IMG/VR virus record: IMGVR_UViG_3300049144_000016
Span: 1-31,507 of that record
Length of the DNA: 31,507 nucleotides
Source of the DNA: a virus
Lineage: Duplodnaviria; Caudoviricetes
Strand: one strand, 5' to 3'
How positions within the stretch are numbered: the stretch's first letter is position 1; each line of letters begins with the position of its first letter. A model generated the notes under the pieces. That model had not been told where the DNA came from. It did not search any database and saw nothing but the letters and a program-made list of their open reading frames with translations. Position numbers and translations under genes: made by a program. Positions 25,775-31,507 of the stretch are shown here, piece after piece.

Positions 25775-25961
25775 CGGGGCTCACCTCCTCGCCCTGGTCG
25801 TCGTCGGCGCGGTCGAGGGCGTCGGCTGCGGCGCGGAACAACTCGGCGAGGCTGCCCGCTACGGTCTCGCCCGGGTCGAGGGTGAGCGTGCCGACCTTGC
25901 TGGTGTAGTCGCCCACGGTGAGGATGACGGGCAGGGAGACGGGGGACACGGTGACGGCCAT
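25761..25961 (-). CDS. Small hypothetical protein between terL and portal
   Basis: AAGGAG RBS right after the terL stop; overlaps the portal start. Confidence 0.72.
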   Translation of the reverse strand: MAVTVSPVSLPVILTVGDYTSKVGTLTLDPGETVAGSLAELFRAAADALDRADDDQGEEVSPDGTA

Positions 25962-25973
25962 GGTGGCGGCTCC

Positions 25974-27239
25974 TTACGCGGCGAGGGTGAGTAGGTGCCG
26001 CCACTCGTGGGCGGTCGAGTGGACGACGTAGCGCAGCGCGTCGACGCTGTGGTCATTGATCTTGACGGGCTTGTCCTCGCCCTTCTCGGCGGCTTTCTCG
26101 TCCCACACGTAACCGGGCAACTCGTCGAGCAGGCCGGTACAGGATCGGTGGATGCGCAGCAGGCCGGCGGCGAGCAGTGACGCCACGGACCGGATGCCGT
26201 CGACGACCTCGTTTGACGCGCGGGCGAGGTTCGGAAACCCGTCTTCGTACGCCTGCGTAATGAAGCTCGCGGCGGACGGGTCGACGAACGACCACTCGGG
26301 GGTGACGCCCTTCGGCGCGGTAGCCGGCGCCCCGGGCGGTCGGTAGTCGGCCAACCATGCCCGGATCGCTGCCGAGTACTGCGCATCGGTCATCTGCCGT
26401 TGCGCCTGGCGGGAGTCGTGCCGCCACTCGGCGCACGCGTACAGGCGGCCGTCGACTCCCTCGCCGAGCAGAATCACGCTGGTGGCGTTGACGGTGCCGT
26501 AGTCCATGCCGATCCAGTAACGGCGCATCTCGGGCAGGGTGTCGACGACGTGCTCAGCCTCGTCGAACGCCTCGTAAATGGCGCCCTCCGCCATCACCCA
26601 TAGGCCCTGTACGTTCCGCTTGTAGAACAGTCCCCGGTGACTGGCCTTGATGCGCGCTTTGTACGCGTCGTCAAGGCCCGGGTTGTCATCCAACTGGAAG
26701 TGCCATGACCTGAGCCGGTTCTCGCGGGGCCTCAACAGGTACTCCTTACGGAGCCAGTGTTGAGGGTTGTCCGGGTTGGTCGTGCCGAAGATTTTCGAGT
26801 CGGGTACCGAGCAACGCGCGGTGAGCTGGTCGACGAACGCTTTCGGGAGCGTAGTCAGCTCGTCTCCGTACGCGCCCGAACAGGTCAAGCCCCTGACTTT
26901 CGGCTCGGCCTGGGCATCGTTGGCGCCAATGCAGTGCACGGTACGTCCGAGTACGGACGCGGTTGGTGCGCCTGACGTGTAGTGGATGTCTCGGGCGAGC
27001 GGCCCGAACACGTTCGGGTTGGTGAGTGGCCCGAACACGTTGCGGGCGAGGGAATCCCTCGTACGCCCGACCATGACCAACTCTCCGCCCTGCGGCGGGT
27101 CGGCCACGTAGTCGAGCCATCGGAGCAGGCTGGCGATTGTCTTGCCGCTCCGAACGCTGCCTTCCCACACGTTGAAGAAAGCGACGGCCTCGATGATCGA
27201 ATCGACCTGTTTGGGGGACAGGGCGAGGGCGCTAGGCAT
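25974..27239 (-). CDS. terL: Terminase large subunit (PBSX-like)
   Basis: Walker A EGSVRSGKT, Walker B AYGDE, TTNPD, nuclease GMDYG and DHSVDALRY; ATG 27239 overlaps terS. Confidence 0.96.
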   Translation of the reverse strand: MPSALALSPKQVDSIIEAVAFFNVWEGSVRSGKTIASLLRWLDYVADPPQGGELVMVGRTRDSLARNVFGPLTNPNVFGPLARDIHYTSGAPTASVLGRTVHCIGANDAQAEPKVRGLTCSGAYGDELTTLPKAFVDQLTARCSVPDSKIFGTTNPDNPQHWLRKEYLLRPRENRLRSWHFQLDDNPGLDDAYKARIKASHRGLFYKRNVQGLWVMAEGAIYEAFDEAEHVVDTLPEMRRYWIGMDYGTVNATSVILLGEGVDGRLYACAEWRHDSRQAQRQMTDAQYSAAIRAWLADYRPPGAPATAPKGVTPEWSFVDPSAASFITQAYEDGFPNLARASNEVVDGIRSVASLLAAGLLRIHRSCTGLLDELPGYVWDEKAAEKGEDKPVKINDHSVDALRYVVHSTAHEWRHLLTLAA

Positions 27240-27777
27240 CGGCGTCGGCCTCCGACTCCTGGTGCTTCGGGGGTGGTCCGCCGTGGCGGGCGGCGTAGTC
27301 GCGGGCGAGGCCGGCCATAAGTTCACCGATCACCGAACGACTCTCGGCGGCGCCGTCGTCCTTCGGCGGCACCAACTTGAGCGACCGGTCGAGGGCGGTG
27401 GCGACGATTCCCATGATCGCCCGGCGGTCTGCGGGGGTCGGCTCGGGCTGCAACTTCTCGTCGTACTCGTGGTCTTTCCCGCCCCAATCCCAGTAGAGGG
27501 TCGGCGCGGTGAGCTTGCCGGCTTCGCGTTCGGCGATGTCCTGTAGGCGCTCGGCGAATGCGGCGCGACGCTCGGCGAGGTCGGCTTTGCGGGCGATGGT
27601 GGCGGCCTCGACCTCGTGCCCGCGCTCGAACGTGAGCGGCGGGTCGAACTGGCCGGCAATCTTCGACACGGTCGAGGGGCTGCGCTTGATGGCGCGGGCG
27701 ATGTCGTTGCGGGACATGCCCTGGGCGTGCAGCCGGCGGACGGCGGCGCGGTCCTTGTCGGTGATGGGGCGGCCCAT
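27232..27777 (-). CDS. Terminase small subunit (N-terminal HTH)
   Basis: HTH GMSRNDIARAIKRSPSTVSKIA; directly upstream of and overlapping terL; GAGGAGG RBS. Confidence 0.8.
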   Translation of the reverse strand: MGRPITDKDRAAVRRLHAQGMSRNDIARAIKRSPSTVSKIAGQFDPPLTFERGHEVEAATIARKADLAERRAAFAERLQDIAEREAGKLTAPTLYWDWGGKDHEYDEKLQPEPTPADRRAIMGIVATALDRSLKLVPPKDDGAAESRSVIGELMAGLARDYAARHGGPPPKHQESEADADA

Positions 27778-27807
27778 AGTGGGTCACCTCCTCGGCGCGG
27801 ACACAGG

Positions 27808-27842
27808 AACGCCCCACCGCCACGGGGGCGCGGTGGGGCGTT
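27808..27842 (-). terminator. Terminator-like hairpin between the lipoprotein gene and terS
   Basis: Perfect 13-bp stem AACGCCCCACCGC/GCGGTGGGGCGTT. Confidence 0.7.
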
Positions 27843-27854
27843 GTCGGTGGGGCG

Positions 27855-28259
27855 CTATGCGGTCTTGCAGAACTCGCCGATAGTCGCGTTGATCTCCTTC
27901 GCTTCGGCCTCGGTCACCTCGTGGCCGTTGCCGCTGAATCGCTGCTGCGCGGTCCACTCCAGCCGGCCGGCTCCGCCGTTGATCGCCATGCACTGATTGC
28001 GGGCGTTGTCGATGGCGTCGTCCTCGTCGGCGGTGAGCGCGGGGTCGACGGCGGCGAGGGCGGCGAGTAGGTCGGCGCGGTCCTGGCCGGTGGGCTCCGG
28101 GGGCAGTCCTACGGCGGCGGCGGCCGACTCGGCGGCCTTGTCCGGGGCGCTGCTGCTCGCGGCGGGCTTCGCGTCGGGCTTGCTGTCGTCCTCGCTGCTG
28201 CACGCGGTGAGCGTGGCGAGGGCGGCGAGCAGGACGGCGGCGGCGGTGGTGCGGTTCAC
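27855..28259 (-). CDS. Lipoprotein (134 aa), possibly DUF732-like
   Basis: GTG 28259; signal peptide with lipobox LTAC; Ser/Ala linker; ARNQC...FC cysteine pair. Confidence 0.85.
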   Translation of the reverse strand: MNRTTAAAVLLAALATLTACSSEDDSKPDAKPAASSSAPDKAAESAAAAVGLPPEPTGQDRADLLAALAAVDPALTADEDDAIDNARNQCMAINGGAGRLEWTAQQRFSGNGHEVTEAEAKEINATIGEFCKTA

Positions 28260-28325
28260 GGGTGGTCCCCCCACGGGTCGGGTGTGTCTGGTGTGAGACA
28301 CGGGAGGGGGCGCGGTGGTTGCACG

Positions 28326-28358
28326 CGAACGCCCCGCCGGGTGGGGGCGGGGCGTTCG
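28326..28358 (-). terminator. Terminator-like hairpin in the late leader
   Basis: Perfect 13-bp stem CGAACGCCCCGCC/GGCGGGGCGTTCG. Confidence 0.65.
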
Positions 28359-28386
28359 GTGTCCGGGCATGCCGGGGTCGCCCCCG

Positions 28387-28416
28387 ACTTTAGGTCACGG
28401 AAAGGTCACGGTGCAA
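28387..28416 (-). promoter_or_regulatory. Candidate late promoter with a tandem repeat in its spacer
   Basis: TTGCAC-18 bp-TAAAGT with CCGTGACCT twice, 11 bp apart. Confidence 0.65.
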
Positions 28417-28843
28417 CCTGCGGGCGGGGGTGGTCGCGTCCGGTCGCCGGCGCGGCGGTGGCGCGCTCCTCGGCGACGATGCGGCGCGCGGTGGCGGCCA
28501 TGCTGGCGCGGCGGCCGTCGGCGGCGGCGCGGAGGTAGCGCCGGATCGGGTCGGGCAGTGCGCCGGTTCGCGGGTCCATAAGGCAATTCAGGTCTTGGAC
28601 GAGCGACGGGTCGAGGGGGTGCAGTAGGCGCGGCGCGGGGGTTGCGCCGCTGGTCGCGGGGGGTGGCGCATCCTGCGGCGCGGTGGTCGGCTCGGTGGCG
28701 GCGAGGTCACGGCGCACGGTGTCTTTCCCGATGTTGAGCCGGCGCGCGATGGCGCGGGCGGACAGTCCTTCGGTGTCGGCGAGGTGGCGCACGGTGGCGC
28801 GTCGGGCGGCGACGGTGTCGCGGGTAGGGTGGGTGGTGGCCAT
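28406..28843 (-). CDS. HTH DNA-binding protein
   Basis: ATG 28843 with GGGAG; EGLSARAIARRLNIGKDTVRRDL. Confidence 0.82.
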   Translation of the reverse strand: MATTHPTRDTVAARRATVRHLADTEGLSARAIARRLNIGKDTVRRDLAATEPTTAPQDAPPPATSGATPAPRLLHPLDPSLVQDLNCLMDPRTGALPDPIRRYLRAAADGRRASMAATARRIVAEERATAAPATGRDHPRPQVAP

Positions 28844-28926
28844 GGCCGGGGGTTGCTCCCGTCTGTGGTTAGTCGGGCCCGTCCGGGGGTGTCGTCCCCG
28901 TGTACGGGCCCGCGCTGCTGTCTGGG

Positions 28927-29250
28927 CTACTGGTCGCGGTCCTGGCGGCGCCGGTGCTCGCGCAACACGCGGTAGACGTAGGACTCGGTTACGTCGAGCG
29001 TTTCGGCGATGGCTTCGACGGTCCATTGGTCCTCGCGGGCCTCCGCCATGAGCGCGGGCAACGCCTCTTCGGTCTGCTTCCACTGGCGGCGGACGTAGCC
29101 GGCTTTCTGCATGCGGAAGAGAACCGATTCAGAGCCCTGGTGGGTGACCTCGCGCGTGACCTTGATCGTCTCGGCGAGTTTTAGTAGTTGGTCGAGCACG
29201 TGCTCGGTGACGGAGTCCTCGACGTGCATGGGAAACGGCTTGTCGGTCAC
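28927..29250 (-). CDS. C-terminal HTH protein
   Basis: AGAGGA RBS; WTVEAIAETLDVTESYVYRVLR. Confidence 0.82.
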   Translation of the reverse strand: MTDKPFPMHVEDSVTEHVLDQLLKLAETIKVTREVTHQGSESVLFRMQKAGYVRRQWKQTEEALPALMAEAREDQWTVEAIAETLDVTESYVYRVLREHRRRQDRDQ

Positions 29251-29305
29251 GGGTTCCTCTTGGCGTTTGGGCCCGCCCGGCGCGGTGCCGGGCGGGCGGT
29301 GGGTG

Positions 29306-30436
29306 TCAGGTGAACAGGGCGCCCTGTTCCGTGGCCGGTTCGAGGGCGAACAGGGCGTCGCCGGCCGACTGCTCGCCGATCCACTCGCCTCGCCACGTGC
29401 CCTCGGTGGCCTCCGCTTCGGTGACCAACTGGGCGGCGGTGCGCCACTCGTCGGCGATCAGGTCCTCCGGGTCGAGGGTGACGAACTCGGGGCAGATCGT
29501 CGGCGCGGTGGCGCGGGCCTCGCTGAGCAGGTAGGCCGTGCGGGCGGCGGCCTGCTCGGCGGCGGTGGCGCGGTAGATGTGGCGGCGGCGCGGGTCGTGG
29601 TCGCACTGGTCGCCGTGCAGGGTGCAGCGCACGGGCTCGGCCTCGGCGGCGTCGATGGCCTCGCGGGCAATCGGGCTGACTTCCCGCTCATGGTCAAGGG
29701 CGGCGCTCAACTCGGCGAGGGCGGCGCACCATTCGGGGTCGGTCGGGTCGAGGTTCGTGCGCACACGCTCGGCGGCGCGGCGGCTGCGCTCCCGGGCGGC
29801 CTGGGCCTGCGCGTTGAACAGGGGTTCGCCGGCCGGGGCCTGCTCGACGGTGGGGTTCGCCTCGGGGGCGTCGGCGGCGGCGGCCTCGGTGAGGGCCTGC
29901 TCGGCGTCGGCCTGGTCCTCGGCGCGGGCGAGGGGGGCGCCGATTGCGTGGGCGGCGTCGACGGCGGCGCGGTGTGAGGCGGCGAGGCGGCCCTCGACGG
30001 TCGGCGCGGTGCCGTCGCCGTGGAACTCGCCGTGCGCGGTGGTGACGGCGACGGGCCATGCGCGGTCGAGGTAGGCGACGGCCTGCTCGGCCTCGACTAC
30101 CAGGACGTCGCCGGACCGGATTCCCTCACTGCACTGCGAGGCGTTGTAAGCGGTCGCGGTGTCCTCGAACCGAAGCGTGATGATCTGCGGGGCGTGGCCG
30201 GCGGTGGCGAGCCACTTACGGGCGGCGCGCTTCTGGGCGTCGGTGGCGTACGCGTTGCCGAGCAGCTGCTCGGCGCGGCGGCTGATCACGTGCAGCGCGG
30301 TCATGCTGCGGGGCTCGAACACCAGGGTTCGGCCGCGCCCGCGGCGGGCGGAGTCAAGGGCGGCGCGGGTGTCGAGGTCGAGCGGGGGCTCGTCGGTGAG
30401 GTGGTCGGCGAGGGCTCCGGGGATGGTGACGCTCAT
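29306..30436 (-). CDS. Modular hypothetical protein (376 aa) ending in a clamp-binding-like EQGALF motif
   Basis: ATG 30436 with AAGGGAG; own promoter; several distinct sequence blocks. Confidence 0.8.
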   Translation of the reverse strand: MSVTIPGALADHLTDEPPLDLDTRAALDSARRGRGRTLVFEPRSMTALHVISRRAEQLLGNAYATDAQKRAARKWLATAGHAPQIITLRFEDTATAYNASQCSEGIRSGDVLVVEAEQAVAYLDRAWPVAVTTAHGEFHGDGTAPTVEGRLAASHRAAVDAAHAIGAPLARAEDQADAEQALTEAAAADAPEANPTVEQAPAGEPLFNAQAQAARERSRRAAERVRTNLDPTDPEWCAALAELSAALDHEREVSPIAREAIDAAEAEPVRCTLHGDQCDHDPRRRHIYRATAAEQAAARTAYLLSEARATAPTICPEFVTLDPEDLIADEWRTAAQLVTEAEATEGTWRGEWIGEQSAGDALFALEPATEQGALFT

Positions 30437-30485
30437 GGGGGTTGCTCCCTTGGTTGGTGGTGCCGGGTGTCGTCCGGCACTGCCC

Positions 30486-30515
30486 ACTGTACTCGGTTCT
30501 GTACTTGGTACACAA
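30486..30515 (-). promoter_or_regulatory. Promoter with GTAC-containing repeats
   Basis: TTGTGT-18 bp-TACAGT; AGTACAG twice, 12 bp apart; GTACcaaGTAC palindrome. Confidence 0.65.
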
Positions 30516-30571
30516 GGGGGTCGAGGGAAGGGGCGCGGCCCCTGCTCGCCACGCCCCTCGCCCTGCTGCGC

Positions 30572-31423
30572 CTACTGCTGCTCGCGCTCCCTCGCCGCCT
30601 GCATCGCCACGTACAGGCCGGCGAGGTCGGCTCCCCGCCACGTCCGCCGGCCCCGGTCGAGGACCGCGGGCGCGCCGCATCCCTCGCCCGTTGCGCAGAC
30701 GACGACCGGTTCCCCGCCGGGGCGGGTGTAGCCGGTGAGCTGCCCGCGGCACCACGGGCACGGGTCGGGAAGGGTGGTGGTGCGGCCGTCGCGCTGTAGG
30801 GCCCGCTCAACGGTGCGGCGGGCGTACGCGGCCACGCCGGCGAGGGCGTCGAGGACGGCGGGCGGGGTCGGCGCGAACAGGTCCCCGTGCCGCTCGTCGA
30901 GGGCGCGGCCCTCCAGCCATACGGCGGCCCAGTGCAAGCCGTGGGCGCGGCTGCCGGCGCTCGCGGCGTTGCCGGGGCCTATGTCGCGGACGGTGGGCAG
31001 GTGCCATCGGGCGGGGTCGTTGCGGTCGTCGGGGTCGAGGATGTACCCCCCGGTGGGCGCGGTGATGAGGCGCGGCGGCCGTTGGACGCGGACGGCGAGG
31101 GCGTCGCACGACTCGAACAGGGCCCGCTCGACCTGGCACGCGGCGTCGAGGGCGTCGAGATTCAACGGTGCGGGGTGCTCGCGGAGGGTGAGGGGGAGTC
31201 GGCCAACGGCGGGCGCGTCGTCGTGGTCGTTGTCCGGGGTGAGTAGGGCCCGGATGTTGTCGCGGGGTGGCCACTCGGTGGCGGGCGGGCGCTCGATGGC
31301 GGCGAGTAGGTCTCCCCACTGCTCGCGGACGGCTCGCAGGTCTTCGGCGGTGCGGCGGCGGGCGGCGGACTCGGGGGCCTCGTCGACGTAGGCGCCGGCG
31401 GGGGTATATCCGGTGGTCGTCAT
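30572..31423 (-). CDS. Zn-finger protein, candidate late transcription regulator
   Basis: ATG 31423 with CAGGAG; C-terminal CPWC...C....C; position at the end of the early region. The function is inferred from position only. Confidence 0.75.
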   Translation of the reverse strand: MTTTGYTPAGAYVDEAPESAARRRTAEDLRAVREQWGDLLAAIERPPATEWPPRDNIRALLTPDNDHDDAPAVGRLPLTLREHPAPLNLDALDAACQVERALFESCDALAVRVQRPPRLITAPTGGYILDPDDRNDPARWHLPTVRDIGPGNAASAGSRAHGLHWAAVWLEGRALDERHGDLFAPTPPAVLDALAGVAAYARRTVERALQRDGRTTTLPDPCPWCRGQLTGYTRPGGEPVVVCATGEGCGAPAVLDRGRRTWRGADLAGLYVAMQAAREREQQ

Positions 31424-31507
31424 GGTCGGCTGCTCCTGGCGGTGCGGGCGCCCCGTGCGGGGGCGGGGCGCCGGGGCGGTCACGGGCGGGCGGGCGCGTG
31501 CTTGTAG

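Larger units (their letters stand above)
1..31507. mobile_element. Temperate Streptomyces-type siphovirus genome segment, non-integrated (attP intact)
   Basis: Complete head-tail-lysis gene set, repressor/cro switch and serine integrase; attP-like inverted repeat with phage genes on both sides; very high GC; no intact host genes. Confidence 0.95.

Noticed and set aside
14565-28843. bldA-dependent TTA codons in late genes
   Set aside because: The TTA triplets I checked (portal, terminases, tape measure, minor capsid, HTH) were all out of frame; the check was not exhaustive.
28874-28912. Interrupted hairpin between the two HTH genes
   Set aside because: No T-tail and irregular inner pairing; cannot be called a terminator.
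112-31391. Many long alternate-frame or antisense ORFs (e.g. 822-2084, 8908-10509, 11389-12600, 19901-21766, 22502-23725)
   Set aside because: Arg/Pro/Gly-rich shadow frames of real genes, expected in very GC-rich DNA; no motifs or RBS.
1-31507. CRISPR array, tRNA/rRNA genes, IS elements, reverse transcriptase or DGR repeats
   Set aside because: No repeat-spacer array, cloverleaf, transposase, RT motif or template/variable repeat pair was seen by eye.
31480-31507. 3' end of an upstream minus-strand gene (...YKHAPARP stop)
   Set aside because: Too short to identify or support as a feature.

Overview
About 31.5 kb of a very GC-rich temperate siphovirus of Streptomyces type. Gene order recalls SV1/cluster-BC-like phages (from memory, not searched). 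It appears to be in its free, non-integrated form, because an intact attP has phage genes on both sides. Left to right: leftward early genes (possible Gp157/Gam-like gene, RecT-like annealase, small genes, Cro-like HTH); a divergent switch with five 14-bp operators; a rightward operon of repressor, membrane protein and large serine integrase; a phage copy of the upstream region and first 72 codons of a host long-chain fatty acyl-CoA ligase ending at the attP centre; a GntR plus two Cys-rich gene moron; then the whole late region on the minus strand (lysis cassette, tail fibre with a HylP hyaluronate-lyase-like domain, minor tail proteins, tape measure, -1 frameshifted tail chaperone, tail tube, connectors, capsid, scaffold, extended minor capsid protein, portal, terminases); then a lipoprotein, HTH genes and a Zn-finger regulator. 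Most notable: (1) a minor capsid protein with a four-repeat linker and an uncharacterised C-terminal domain, followed directly by a 59-aa RMF/CrpP-like gene missing from the ORF track (a possible virion-delivered effector and partner); (2) integration that would swap in a phage-encoded promoter and N-terminus for a host acyl-CoA ligase; (3) the GntR/zinc-protein moron with a structured leader; (4) a HylP-like receptor-binding domain; (5) three matched RNA hairpins in the scaffold leader. All family assignments come from motif recognition by eye; no database search was run. Many start codons were re-called from RBS and overlap evidence and differ from the ORF track.
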